Below are positions 37,051 to 51,700 of a stretch of 64,000 bases of DNA, piece by piece. The translations under genes and the position numbers were made by a program. The notes beneath the pieces were generated by a model. It did not search any database. It worked only from the letters and a program-made list of their open reading frames with translations, and was not told the origin of the DNA. Each line of letters opens with the position of its first letter. Position 1 is the stretch's first letter. This DNA comes from Vicugna vicugna (Eukaryota): positions 3,871,111 to 3,935,110 of the forward strand of contig MU058824.1 in assembly GCA_013265495.1 (NCBI GenBank), written 5' to 3'.

Positions 37051-38404
37051 TTTGTCCTGGAGACCCAATCGGTACCCAGCACCAATGATTTGACACAGCC
37101 TTAAGTTTACATCCTGCAAGACGGGAAACATCTGGGTCTGGTGCAGTGTTTGCCACACCAAGGAGGACTGGAGGCCTAATTAAAATTGCTACTCTCTTTG
37201 CATTATCAAATGTCAGGGTAGTTTTTTTTTTCTTCCCACAGAGCAAAGATTTTTCTTATCAAAAATCTATTCACTAAAATGCTAATGATCATCAGTGATT
37301 AGAAACTGCTGCTCAAATTTTGAAAGTTCCCAGTGGGCCTCTCAGACATGGCTTGTAACTTGTCAGTTGAAGAAATGTTCTCAACAAATCAAACTTTGCT
37401 GTATATGTTAAAAAAAAATTTATCTCCTTAACGCTTCACTGTGCGGGTCCAAGAGGGACTTCTGAGTTAAGTGACAGAGACCACATTATTAGTTGTGGAG
37501 TCAGTTCTAATAGAAGTCTCTCAAGGCGAGATATTCTCAGATAGGCCCCCAAACTGCTTACAAAAGTCTGTCAAGCTTATCTTCATTTCAATAAGCATTT
37601 AGTTTGCCAAAGAGAAGCACAGGGAGCAATTTGCTTATATTATCTTCTTTTTGTCCTTCCATGCCATTTCCTTCTTCCCCTGCCCTGTTCTTCAGGAAGA
37701 AGCATCGATCGACAAGGCTGTGTGCCTCAAACAGGCAGATAAGGATCCCAGTGTCACGGGCCGCCTCTGCGGTCAGACCCGGCCAGGTGCCCGGGGCTCC
37801 AGAGCTGGCTCCACACAGGCCCCACAGAACCAGCGGGCCCGCCATGCGGTGGGTGGGCTCCCCTGGGGCTCTTGGATGCCCCGCCACACAGGAGCACAGT
37901 CAGGCACCGGAGGTCGTGCCTCTCGCAGTACCCTGCCTAGGGCTCGCCCAGCCGCTTGGCCTTTCTAGGTTCAGGCAGTCTCCAGGGTATACACTGGCAT
38001 TTTCCAGGGTATCGGCTGGGCTGTGGCAGGACAGTCACTGTGGACACAATGAGAGGTTTGGTGCCTGTTTACCCAGCAACAACAAGCCCACCCAGCTGGA
38101 GGGCAAGAAGGCAGAGGCACAACGGTCTGGAGCCGTGTCCGGAACACAGTTGGACAGGCTTGAGTTGAGTCTCAGCTCCTCCGCTCTTTCATTCATTCAA
38201 CACATAAAAACATACTGAGCACCTAATATGTGCTGGGCTGGCGACACAGCAGCAAACTAAACAGATATTGTCCTTGCTCTCCTGAACCTCACGATTTGGT
38301 GTAGGAGATAATAAGTAATTAGGCAAATAAATAAATTAAGTGACTATAGACTCTGATTAGTATTTCAAAGGAAATAAACAGAATTATGATCAATAGATCT
38401 TGAA

Positions 38405-38577
38405 GTCTGGTTCCTGGACCAACAGCAGCAGCATCACCTGAGAACTTGTTGGAAATGTGGATTCTCAGGCCCTGCCCCAGCAGGACTGACTCTGAACCTC
38501 TGGCATGGGGCCCAGCAACCTGTGTCTTAAGCCCTCCTCTGGGTGGCTCTGGTCCGTGCTCAAGTTTGAAGACCCTG
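38405..38577. mobile_element. MER5A-like hAT-Charlie MITE
   Basis: cagcagcatcacctgagaacttgttggaaatgtggattctcaggccc...ggggcccagcaacctgtg...ctcaagtttgaagaccctg. Confidence 0.85.
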
Positions 38578-41269
38578 GATATAGAATGATGGCATGAGGG
38601 TGGGCAAGAGGCTGGTCTGTGGAAGTGATGCTCAAAGCTCTAGCCCCAGGGATGAGGAGGATCCACGTGAGCAACCAGAGGGAAAGCATCCTTGGCTGTG
38701 TGAATTTGGGCCTCAGTTTTCTTTTCTGTGACTTGGGCATCACAGTGGTTCTACCACCATAGAGTTGTGATGAGGATTCAGTGGGTAAAGGCTCAGCACA
38801 GACTTTGTCAAAGTATCAACTCACCATCAATGATTACTTTCATTATTTAGAGAGTGACATCACCAGGTCCCAGCTCTTGGGCCTCCACCACCAAGAAAGT
38901 AGCTAGAAGGCTTCTTAGAAGCCTGCAGGCCAGCCCAGGTCCCATCCCCACAGGATATGCTCTGAAGTGGCAACAGAGGCACTTGGTTTGGGAGAAACAA
39001 GGCCTCAAGGAGTCTACATTCCAGGGGAACACTGGGCAGCTTCTACCTGGAACCTCTGGGGGTTTTTGTTTGTTTGTTTGACAAGTTTAAAACATGTATT
39101 TAAAATGCTTAATCTGCTGACTCAGGAGCCCACAGTGTAGGGTAGGGAAGGGTGGACAGCTGCCTGCTGGACCCGCAGAGCAGGACTGCAGAGGTGCGGC
39201 CCTCCCTCCCATGTCCTTCTGCGCAGGCACCCAAGGGGCCCACGTGCACCCCTGGGATCACGTGGCCAAGAACAGGACCCCAGAAGTTTCCAGAGTGTCT
39301 GTCTACCAGGGAGGCTGGGGCAGCCCTACCGGCCCATCCCTGAGCAGAGTGCCCCTCCTCCATCGCCTTTTTTTCTATTTGCAAGAGCTCCAAAGTAGTA
39401 GAGAGTCTGTGTGTTTAAGCAGCACAGATCCTCATAGATCTTCCCAACAAGATGAAGCAGGACACGTAGTTGAAAATCAGAGAAGTGACCTCAGCCAGCC
39501 AGCCAGCAGCTGTACTGCAGATCTCCTGGTAGCCAGAGAGCCTACCAGGTGCACAGTCACTGACCTCGGGGGGTGAGGGCCTAGCTGGGGGTGTGACACA
39601 TAAGCAGCTGCTCGGAATACCAGGTAGAAAACACTGTCTGGGGGTGTTGGGACAGGGAGATTGATTCCTGCTGGGGGGCTGGGGACACCTTCCTGGATGT
39701 ACCTTCCCTTGGGGACATCCATCATTTCTTGCAGGAGCTTCCAAGTCTAAAGAGATTATTATTCCCTCCTGTACCACGTTGCTCTTGGGACTGTAAATCA
39801 AAGTCCATCTCAGAGAAAGCCTCAATTCTTGAGCAGAGGAGAGAGAGATTCAAAGTTGGTTTAACCTCCCTGACAGCCCATTTGAAGGAGCTGCTTGAAA
39901 GCCCCCACCATGTTTTAGAACTGGGAGGTCCTTAGGGAATGGTTCAACCAGTTGTCCCACTGTAGAGATGAGGAACTGAGGCCAGAGAAGGAGGGGATGT
40001 TGCCAAGGCTACATGCTGAGTCAGGGAAGCCCTGGGCCTGGCAGCCTGGTCCTGTGCCTTCCACCCCCATGAGGGTAAGAGCTCAAGTTCAAGGAGGGAG
40101 GAGGTTTGCCTACAAGCACTAGTCTGGACTTGCCACCAGGAGCGCCTAGACCCCTGGGCTGGGTCCTTTATGCTCATCAACTACCACCAATTTCTTGTCC
40201 TTGCATCTAGAACCTATGTCCACCCACCTGGGACTGCCCGTTGCCCCAGAGGTCCCAGACGAAAACTCAGAAGTTGAGGCAGGGACCACATCTCACCCAG
40301 ACTGTTCCTCCTGCATTTGCCTGGTTTCATTGTCTATGACCAGTTCCTTCCCCTGGCCCTGGGCTTCGGCCCCAAGTGGGGTCACTGCAGCTTCTGCTGC
40401 CAGCTTCTCTACTTCCTCCAGACCCCAAGCCTGTCTGATCTGTGTTCCCACTGGTCTGCCCCACCCACTGGCAGGCCCTTGGCCCTTGCCTGGCTCTCCC
40501 GGCCCAACAAACAAGTGACCCCACAACAGCTTTTCATCCTCTAATGCCTGCCCCTAGAAGGATAAAACTCCACAGAGTGTCAAGAAAAACCACCAAATTC
40601 AGTGCTGCTGAAATAGGTAAATTAATAAAGCTAGAAAAGAAAAACATAAAAATGCGGGCTTGACTAATGAAAATTACACTAGAGTCAACAAGGTGAACCG
40701 AGGTTAATTGATCATCCAGGTAACAACAATTACTTGCATCATTATCCTGTGTCAGAGTCGCTTTGCTGTGCGTTTCATTTGATGATACCACCACTCGGTG
40801 AAGTATCCTGGGCCTTCATGTTTGCCACTCATGTAGCTTTGTCATCTGCTCTCAGTTTTCAGTAGGGAGAGAAGAGACTAGTTGAAAAACTTTTGGCCAT
40901 ATGTTCAGATGGTGTGACAGTGGCTGCACTCATAAAATCATCATGTCAAAGGATCACAGAGGCATCTAAGTCAACCTCAAGCTCAAGGAAGGAATGGTAC
41001 CCATGCCTCCCTGAGAGAGGTCATCCCATCTGTTCTGGAGGAGTTCTGGTGATGGGAGCTTACTGCCTACACGAGACTGTTTGATCCTTGAACCACATTC
41101 GTTGAGGGAAGGTCTTTCTCAGGTGGAGTCCAAATCTGCCTCTTTGTGGCTTACACCACTAGCCCTGGTTCTGCTGGTCTAGAATTGAGTGAAATGCCTT
41201 CCTGTCATCACCTTCCACGTGCCAGTCCCTGCAGGAGTTTAAGATGTCAAGATTGCTAGACCCCGAGAG

Positions 41270-41515
41270 ACAGTATGGTATGGTGGGTCAGAGCCTGACT
41301 ATCTGGGATCCAGGGCTGATTCTAGCACCTAATAGCTCCAGTTATGTCGAGAGAGTTAGGCAACCTCTCTGTACCTCAGTTACCTTTAACTCTAAAATGG
41401 GATGACAGTATCTCTCACAGGGCTTTCAAGAGGATTGATGGACTAATACCTGGGAGGCATTCAAGACAGTGCCTGGCTCATAATAAGCTCCGTATACATG
41501 TTTGCTACTGTTATT
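41270..41515 (+). mobile_element. MIR SINE
   Basis: aacctctctgtacctcagttacc...aaaatggggatgacagtatctc...acagtgcctggctcataataagctc. Confidence 0.75.
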
Positions 41516-42489
41516 TTCTTCATCTCTCAGACAAAATACTCTCCATTTATTCACTACTTTCCTCTTAAAGATTCCTCCATATGGAAACAAGTGAGAGCCC
41601 TATGAGTTTCTCAGATTAAGTACAAGAAAGAATATAAGGTTGTTATAAAAATTAAATGAGTTATTTCAAATAAATTGTGGTGCAAGTTGCTTAGCACATA
41701 GCCTCAGTAAATATTTGCAATTATGGTTTTTGGTGTTTATTCCATTATTCTAAAATAGAGAAGAGAGATTGTTGGCTGATACACATGTCTCAAATCTAAC
41801 CGACTTTTGAATAACTTAGATGTGTACCTAAGTGAAATGTCTTAAATAAAGATTAGGCATGTGTGCAGAAAACCGCTCTAATTACTCAGCCTGTGCAGAC
41901 ACAGCCCCGTCTTTGGAGACTCACAGAGTCTCAGTTACCGTTTCCCCCAGGTATCGCGCTTCACGGTGATGAATGGGAACTGATTCTTGGAATAGAAATG
42001 CTATTTCCACGGGGCCTCACCGGAGGCAGCAGCAAAGACATTAGGTCGGTGCTTGAGATGCACAGTCTTGGAGAGGAGGCTCTAGGCTGCCTCCGAGAAC
42101 ACCCAGCTCAGCCCTCAGACTCATGGAGGCGGGAAAGCCTTTCCCAAGCAGGACTCCCAGGAGCACCAGGGATTCCCGGGATCACAAGCAAGGCAAAAGC
42201 TCCAAATGCAGCTGTTCCAGGCACAGCAGCTTTTCCTGGGCAAATGGACCATGCCATTTAGGAAACTCTAAAAGCAACAAATGCTCTCTTTATTTCCCTT
42301 TTGGCCCCCATCTTTTTTTCCCCTGCTCTTATTGTCTGAGTGTAACTAGACTTCTGCATGCATTCTCTCTCTCCCTAGACTCATGATGCCCATCTGAGGT
42401 TGGTAGTTTTGTTCCCATTTTACCGGAACTCACTGAGACTCACTGTGTATGTAAATTGTTCACCACTATTCCAATTCTCATCTCCCCAC

Positions 42490-42790
42490 ACCCTGTGAAG
42501 ATAGGCACAGCCAGATAAGCTCCGGCCAATGAAATGAGAGTGGAAATGAGATGGCCCATTTTAAGTGAGTCACCACGCTCTCTCCATGGTACCATAGTCA
42601 TTGCAGAAGCAGTAATGAAAAGACACCTCCATCAACTTGCATTCTGGAGTTACTATTATGAATAGAGGCTCCAGCAAACCTATAATGAACATGCAGTGTG
42701 AGCAAGAGATAAACCTCTGTTGTTTAAAGCCACTTAGATTTCAGAGCTGTTTGTCACCGCCGCATAACCTAGACTATCCTGTATCAGAAT
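42490..42790 (+). mobile_element. MLT1 (H/I/J-like) LTR
   Basis: ggccaatgaaatgagagtggaaatga...gtgagcaagagataaacctctgttgtttaaagccact...gcataacctag. Confidence 0.75.
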
Positions 42791-45700
42791 ACAGAAACGT
42801 TAAATGATGTGCTTACAGTTACACAGCTATAGAGTTGGAACTGGAAATGAGGTTTGTCTGATTTCAAAGCTTGTGCCCCAATCACTGCGTGATTTTGCTG
42901 CCCCTTTTTTCCTATCTCCCTGGTTCTCCACCTCACTGCCTCCCCATCCCAGCCTGCAGACTGGATAACTCTACTCCAATGGTAAACTGTCCCACTGCAC
43001 TCTGACTAGCAGGAAGTACTTCCCTGCCCCCTCTGGCAATTACCCTGGATTCCCCATGGTATTTTTTTTTCAAAGATATCCTGGGCCCTGAAGTCGAGGG
43101 AAGAAGCGAACGGAGTCCCTGTCTCATCCAATTCCCAGATCATCCTCTTGTGTCTGTGGCCCTTCCATCCCGAGGGACCCTTCCCCCTAAATCTCCAAAC
43201 TCACTAGGTCCCTCACTTTGTTAAAACCATTTCATGTCTCCCCATTGCCTCCAGGAGAAAGGCCTGGCACTCAAGGCCACCATGATCGGTTCCTGCTTCC
43301 TTTCCAGTTTTTACTCCTGCCTTTCCTCTGCATGAGACCCTGGCACTGGCCACCATCCATAAGAAAGGGCTTATCACCCAGACCTCCCAGGCAAAAGTGG
43401 CAGGAATCTCCTCCTCCCTGATCCGTTCCATCTTCTTCTGCCAGTCACACACACACACGGACATGCACACATTCATGCATGTGCACGCCCCCCCCATACA
43501 CACACACCTCGCTGCCCCTGCCTCCATCCCCTAGCTTCTCATACCCCCTCCATCACTGCAGGGGTCACTCTGCATCATCCTCATCTGTGCATGCTCTGTC
43601 TCCCCCGGACTGAGGCTCTCAGGGCAAGGACCACATCTGACTTCTATCTACATTCTTAGAGACCCTGCAAGGCCAGACCCAAAGAAGGGGCTTCTGACAT
43701 TGCAGCAAGGATGCTTACATGGCAGCCACCCAAGGCCACAGAGCTTCCATAGTGGACCAAAAAGGGCATTTTGCAGTGTCCCCTCCACCTCCCTTGAACA
43801 AGATCCAGATGAAACAAACAAAAACAAACAAAACGTGCTCTTTTCTCTAAGCCCCAGACTGGTTCTCCCCCGGCGCTATGCTTTCAAACATCATCTGCTT
43901 TCCCACTCCAAGGTCTATCTATCATGTTCGCCAGAATCTGTCCCCGCGGGGCTGTGCCACGACAATAGTCAACATTTAACACAATCAGAGCTTGTTCCGT
44001 TGTGGGGAGGTGGGGGCGGGAGGCTGGCAGGGCTGAGCCCAGCTTGTCTTCTCGACTAAGCACAAATGCCTACAGACGGCATTCTCTCATGAGACCCTCC
44101 TCCTCCTTCTCTCTTTCCTATTTCTCTTTTATCAAGGAGGTAGGGCCCGACCGATGCAAACCTTGGCCCCATTCACACACTCACCTCTCCCACCCTGGCC
44201 ATCCATCTCGGCCTCATCTAAGTGTTCTGACCTACCCATTTCTCCACAGCAGTCAGTGGCCAGGGAGTGGGGAATATAGGTCATTTACACTTCTTCATGC
44301 CTTTAGTAGCAACTGTTGTACCTGAACATTCAATTTATAGTAGAGCAGCTCATGGTGGAAAATCCTAACTTAAAGAATCCCCGAGGAACCTCAGGCGGAA
44401 CGGCATGTTCAGAAAAGGACAGAGTCAGGAGAAGGAAGATGGCAGAAGGATCGGTGACATTTTAAACAGCGTCTATGTTTATGATTTCCTTTCCTTTCAA
44501 GTTTCTGGTTTCAAACCTTTCCTTATGGGCCAGGGCAGAACTGACAGGAGAGCACTGGAGATCCAGTTCTAGATTCCTCTACGGCGATGTCCGTGTCTGA
44601 AGAAATTACATTTCTGTATTTGACCGTGGCCAGGGGCACGCTCAGGGCAATTTGGGTTAAGTGTTGGGAAACAGAGGTAAGAAAGAAGGATCAAGAGAAA
44701 CGGTGGCTGCTTCTTGGCACTCCCCTCCATCTGCTCTTTGACGTTCCTGGGAGGACGAGCCCCTACTCTGTTTATGTGTAACGCCCACACCACTGAGCTG
44801 TGCACAAAAGTAGCCATCGATGTCCTTGTTGACTGTTCGTAAATGTCCCCCAACTTGGGGCGGATACACCTTGTCAAAGCTGCCCCCTTGTTAACTATCT
44901 TGATAATGGTGGTGGTTTCATTGGTGTATACATCTATCAAAATTCATCAAATGGTTAAAAAAAAAAGCCACATGGCACTTTGGTTGATGTTGATTATTTA
45001 AAAAAAATTCAGGGTAACCAAAAAAAAAAAAAAAAAGCTGCTCCTAGCAAGTGCCTGATTTGGGAGTTCAGAGAAAGAGCAAGGCAGTGATTAAGCATAG
45101 ACCATTCCCAGCTCACCACAAAAACAACCGAGTTCCAGTTACTCAGCTCCAGGCGGCCCTGAACCCCCAGACCTCTGAGAGAGGACGGCTTCCCCCAAAC
45201 CACCCAGTAACAGGCTGACTGATTGAGCTGAATTCATTTTTCCTCCTGAATATAGAGACAAGTGCTTACAAATTGAATGAAATTGATGCAACGTCTTCAA
45301 GTGAAGTTATTCAATTTCCAGTGGCCTCACTCCCAGCCTTTAGCATGCTCCTCACAGTTTACGGCAAATAATATTTGTTTTCTCCCTGCACAAATATAAA
45401 AGCGTTCCCGGCACTCTGAAAGCTCCTCTTTTGGGTATTTGCACTGAATTCCATTTCTGTAAGCGTTGTCTGAGAAGTTACTGGTCCTGATGCCAGGCAG
45501 TTGGCTAACGTTCCAGGGTGCTTGCTACAAGGCAGATATTTTTACAGGAAACTGCGGCTCAGGGGTGAAGTGGCTTGCCCAAGGTCACACAGCCAGTCAG
45601 CAATGGACCTTTCTCTAAAGTTATGCATGCCCTTTCCTAAGGCCCCTGTCACCCATGAGACTGCAGGCCAGAGAATGTGTCAGCCAGCTCCAACTTACAC

Positions 45701-48700
45701 TGGTGGTGAGTCGGCAGAGCCCAGCTCAGCCCTGGCAGAAAACGTTTATGAATGGATGCATGAATAAATGAATGAATGGACAACTGAGTGAATTGCTGCC
45801 ACTTAGGATAAGGCTCCCTCCTTCTCTCCCCATGCTCCATCATTCTGCTTCTCTGACCCTGCCCTCGGAGCCCTGGACCCAGAGCATCCTCCCAAGTCAC
45901 ATCCCTCACCCCCCGGCCACATGTGGTTACGCAGCACATGAGACACAAACATCAACAGCCCCGTGAGGATGAAACCTCTGAAGAACTATCCTGACTCCTT
46001 GGAGAGCTCATTTCTGCATGGGCTGAATGGCAGCGCCCAACCAGGACCATCTGGGTGGCATGGCAGCACTCCACAGTCTTGGCTAGCTCCTCTGGCTGTG
46101 ACCTTGACCATCTTCTCAACAGCCTCAAATGGCAAGCTAGGAAAGATTCCCTTTTGAAAAAAGGGGTAACCAGAGGGAGGTCACAGCAGAACTAGGGCCA
46201 AGCTTCCTGATGCTCAGCCCATTCCTGTGCCCCACAACACATCTTCTTTTTTGACTGCCAAAGTCATGGAGACCCACTTACCCTAGGCCCTGGCTTGCAA
46301 GTAGGTTTTGCTTTGAGTTAACAGGAAAGAGTACATGATTGATTAGTAATGTCTGCCATGAGCAAAGGTAAGAGTGACACCAGAGGTGAAGTATATTTAT
46401 AGAGCCTTCCCCAGACCCTGACTAATGTGCCTTTTCCCTCTTCAAAACAAAACAGTTTTGAAATTACTTCCTTATTCTTGTCTCCAGCTCAATAAAATTT
46501 TCTGACCTAATGGCCAGAACTTAGGAAATTTTACCTTAATGCTACCTGGGAAGGAAGGGTTTGATAAACAATTTAACATAGACTTCAAGATTACAAGGGG
46601 AGTGTTTAATTTGCTCAAGAGACCCACTGTCCTCAAGGACTCCAGTCCATTAGCTTTTGTCCAACTAATGACAAGTGAGTTTTCTATATTCATTAAAGCA
46701 GACTTGGGATTTGGCTTGAGGGGCAGTGAACTGGAGAGGAAATAGCACTGGACTCAGGAGGAATGTTCTTGATTGCTTGCTGTACGTTTTGAAAAAGAAT
46801 AAGATGGCATTTTCTAAAATCCTTTTAAAGGCAGGCTTTTCCCTGACACGGGCCGGTGTACTTTCCGGTGGAAACCTAGGGAATGCCCAAAAGGAGGGTT
46901 TCAGGTCAACTCAAGCCAGCTCTGGTCATTTCACCAGCCACTCCCTGTCTGCTCCCACAGGGCTGTGCTGGCAGAGACAGAGAAGGGAGAGACCTAGCTG
47001 CCCTCAGAGGGCTCACAGTCTAAGGGGGCACCTGCAGGTAAGAGCAGTGAGGGTCATCATCTGCAGGTCACTGTTACTGATGCTCTGAGTCTCTCCTGCC
47101 CCAGCTTCAGAACTCAGCTGATCTCAGCACAACATTCACAGGGATGCTGTTAGGTGCCAGGAAAAAGGCAAAAGATCTCCCGGTGCTGCCCCTGCTCTAC
47201 CCCTGTCCTTTCGTTTCAGCCGCCCCATGAGTGATGGAGTCTGGGCTGCTCCTTGCTGGGAACAAGTCTCCAAATGCCACAGAAAAGGGTCAGCAGGCTT
47301 TTGAAGCTGCTGCTAGTCAGATGGCATCTTTGTGTCAATAAGAAAAGAGCCCTGAATTGGCAGGAGACAGGGGGCTCACTCAAAATAGTGATTGGAGAGA
47401 TTTTAGTGAAAAGATGGTTTGCCAAGGTGAGTTCAGAGTTAAGAAAAGTCAGCAAAGGTTAGTGAAAAACCCTAGCAATAGAGGAAAGCCCTTACCACCA
47501 TAGGCCTGAAGGGACATTAGGAGAAAGCAATTATGGAAACCCCACCTGAGCCACATCTATGGTAAGAGGACCTAATAAGAGCAAGGGACCTTAATGGAAG
47601 GTCACAGCTACTGCCAAGCCAACAAGGAGGGTGATGAGGGAATACATACCCCACCCCTCTCTCCGCCAGTCCACCAGTCTCCTGCTAGTGCATCCTATTG
47701 GCTAAACAGGAAGCCAGAGCATAGGAAGCCTGGTAGATGCTGGCCATGGAGGTCAAGAAGGGAGAGGAGGAGAGAGAAGATCTGGGGGCAAACAGAGATG
47801 GCCAGCAAGTACCCCATCCTCCAGACTTTTGCTGCCATCTGCCAGGATGTCATGATAAACATTCTAATCTATAATTACGATGTGGATGATGGCTCCAAAG
47901 TTGGTCTATTCCCCCCCTTGGTGGTAGCCCTGCTATATTCAGACCTGAGCCCAGGTCTTACTCTCCCCAACACACAGCCCACAATTTGGCTCCCCCACAC
48001 CCTGAAGAGAAGTCCCAGCTCCCCAGCACTTGTCCATATGGCTCCTGCCTCTGTAATTTCTACATCTAATCTAGAAAGCACAGGGGAAATGCCATCTCCT
48101 CCCTGAAGCCTGCACAATTCTGCTGACTAGAAGCCATATCTGCTTCTTCAGGGATCCTCACAGGACCTCCCCTGTGCTTCTCCCTCAGTGAGCTAATACC
48201 ATGAGGATTCATGAGCAGGCTCCCTGCTCTGTCTCCATCTCTCTGTCTCCCTGTGTCTTTGTCTGATCTCTCTCTTTCTCACGCACACACCCTAGGCTCT
48301 GCTTAGGGAGTAGACAGTGGGGTTTTTTCACCCCTGAATTCACCCAAGTTCCCTCAAATGGCCAACCCTGTCCCTGAAGAAAGCATCCGAGGCCACTGGC
48401 CACGTGCCACAGTGATACAGCAGAGGGAGTCACAGGCTCTAAAGAGTTCAACAGGTGGATGTGAGTCCTGGCTCCAGTCCCAATTAGGCTTTAGTTTGGG
48501 GCAAAGACCTCACATTTGTGAGCCTGTCTCCCCATCCGAGCCATGGGGGCTGGTGTGAGAATTCAAGGAGACCATGTATGTGGTGCTCGCTAAATGATAG
48601 CTTCCCATTTCATACCCCAATAGACTGGGTGTTCTCAAGGGCACATCATGACTGTCCTGACCCAGCCCAGGTCTCAGAGTGGGCCTGGTGCTCCAGGGGT

Positions 48701-51700
48701 GGGGTGGTATAGGGTGCTGGTTAGGACTGCAACCTCTGGACAATCCCTGCTCCCTATCTGTGTGAACTTGGGTAAGTTACTTGGCATCTATGTGCTCTCT
48801 TTCCTCATCTTTAAAACAAATAATAGTAACAGTAGTGAAGTTCCTATCTAATCTCTATGCAAGGCTTACTGGGTACCAGACACCATCCGTTACCTCCAGG
48901 AGGAAGTCTTACCAGTCAGCGTATGATTGGTCACTCTCTCTAACTCGGTCAAGAGACCCTTGGCGTTCCACACAATGGCTGTTCTGTCAGTCTGGACACA
49001 GGGTGACAATAGCAATAGCATGGACCAGTGCCCTTGCTGATCCAGGAGGGACACATATGCAGTGTGACTGAGGCCACTTTAGGCCATTGAGATCCGGGAG
49101 GTACTTGTTACTACAGCATAACTTAGCCAATCCTGACTAATACCATAGGGCCTGTTATGATCCCCATTTTATACTGAGGAACCTGCAGGACCTGTGTCAT
49201 GGGCAAGCCTGAATATTGCACAGGCTTGTCCATGTACATCTCAGCCTGGAGGGAAGGCCAAGGACTCCACAAGCACATTGCTGCTGCTCTACCACAGGCC
49301 GGAGCTTGGAAATCAGCAACCTCAGCAAATGCCAAGACTCCCCTTGGTTCCTCCTGTCTGTCTGGCCATCGACCTTGACTCACTAGCAATTGCTCCTGGC
49401 TGCGTGTGAGCTGGCAGCCATGGATTTTCTTTCCTTCTGGGTTAAACTTCTGGCTGTCAGTGGGTGAGCTTCTGTCACCTCTGGCTCACCCACATCTGGC
49501 AGAGCCTGGGAGAGCTGGGAGACGGAAGGAGGCTGTGACAGCCAGAGAGGGGTGGGCGCCCCCAGGCACCTTCTCAGGCCCATGGTCTCTGATCACCTGC
49601 ATCATGTCCTAATCATCCCTGATTGACCAACGGGAACATTATCGAGCATGACATTTGTACAACACTCCCAGCTTAAATTGAAAACATTTTCCTTTTCTTT
49701 ATATACTCAATGCTCACTGGCCACTGGGCACTATACCAGGCTGACAATGCTGCCCCAACCAATTCACAATTTTTGGAAAAACAACAATGATAATGGCTCA
49801 GCTTTTGAATGTTTATTCTGTGTCAGGCTTAGGCTAAACACTTTGCATGCTTTATCCCACTTAATCCTCCCCAAAAGTGTATGAGATACCATCCTCACTT
49901 TACAGATGAAGAAACTGAGGCAACGGGACCAAAGACACAGCTAGAAAATGGTGGAGCCAGGATCCAAAGCCATGTTGGTCTGACTCCAGAGCTCCAGTGC
50001 CCTAATAGCAGTGGATACAAAGAGTTGTGAGGCAGAGATAGGGGAGCTAGGCTCTCATTTACTCATCTTTACAGCCTTGTAAGTAGATCTTAGCTTCTCT
50101 GTGTTGCAAATGGAGTTGTTGAGGACCAGAGATAGAAGGATATGCACAAAGTCACACAGCAAGCAGGGGATGGAGAGTCCTCACCCAGCACACACATCAC
50201 CAAAGCCTCCTCTGTAGAGGAAGTCAGAGACAGGATCATAAAGCAGAAGGCACCATAGACCAGTGAATGGGACATAAACACAGTCTGGAGAGAGCACAGA
50301 GGAGGGGTAATTAAGGAAGGCTTCCTGGAGGAGATGGCATTTGAATAAAGACAGGAGAGGAGAAAATCCCAGAAGAAGGTACAAAGCCTACGCACTATTA
50401 TACTGGGGGTTCAAGGTCTGGGGATTAAGGTGGCCTGAGGCTGGCATTGCCTGCATGGCCTATAAGCTGCCACACTAAGTTCCCCTGGCTGGATTTCTCC
50501 TGTCTTTCAGTCAGGATGCCCAGACTACTCCAATGGGAGGAAACGTTTTGATCGCTCTGATTCCCCATTCCCAGACCATTCAGATGACAATCAGGCTGGG
50601 GGTGGCAATGCTGGTGGCCTGCATGCTCTCAGGGGACACCCCCATAAGGACCTGGACAAATTTTTGAACCACATCCAATTTCTCCACTGCATCCAGACCT
50701 GTCTTCTTGCAATTGTAATTCCAGCTTCTTTTATTTTACACCCACCTGTCCTCATCTGGAAGGAAATTGAGTGAGAGTAAGAAGGGAATCAAACAATGGG
50801 AACTTTTTAGTCTGGAGCCATCATTAAATGCTTTCTTTGCCCACCAGACTGGTATTTAAATGGCAGAGGGGTCTGAGGTGGGCAGAGGGCATTGTTAACA
50901 ACTGCCTCAGTGTGGCAGCAGGAGACAGGAATAATAGAGTTGGAGAATGTTTTCCCGATTATGCTGAAGTGATGAAAAACAACGGGTCCCAAAATGGAAG
51001 TAATGGCACTCAGAAGCTCTCCGTGGATCCTGCCGGCAGCAGCAGAAACCCTGCCTCACTTCTTTCCTAACAGGACTGAATTAATTCGGGGACTGCGCGA
51101 GCCTTGTACTCCCATTTCGATTACAGACAGACCTAGTTTTTGCAGAACTCATTAACTAGCAGGTCTGCAGGGAGCTGGGCTTCTAAGCTTTGCTGGACAG
51201 GCCCCCGGAGCTGGCTTCCAAGGAATCCAGGCACCCGGAGCGTGGGCAAGGTCTGCACTGAAGGTTGGGCCTCGGAGGGAAGCTCTCACTGTTCTTGCAA
51301 GGCTGGAGGAGGTCTGTGTGTGGAGGAGGCAGGAGGAGCCTGAACAGCCTGCTTCTCACCAGCAGCCAGGCCATGGCCTCCGGGCTAGGGTGGAGGTGGG
51401 GGAGGTGGACTTCAGATGATCTGAGTTCTGAATTTCCCATAAAAGGTCATCCTCTCGGTAGCAACATCTCTCGTCAGCAGGCGGCAGGAGGCCGCTAAAA
51501 CCCCAAATGGAAACATTTGGACGTGTTCACATGCTGCCGGGTCCTTGAAGTTCAGATCCAGGACCCTCTCCTCCAAGAAGCCTACTAGGACATCCTAGCT
51601 GCTCAGGACCTGCTCTCCTCTGTTTCTGTCCCTGTCCCAAGACAGTCAGCCCTTCATACCCTGTGTAGTAGGATTTCCATCCACTTCCTATCTCCCCTGA

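Noticed and set aside
37604..38218. 204-aa ORF in a GC-rich patch
   Set aside because: No recognisable protein similarity or splice support, and it ends in an L2 tail.
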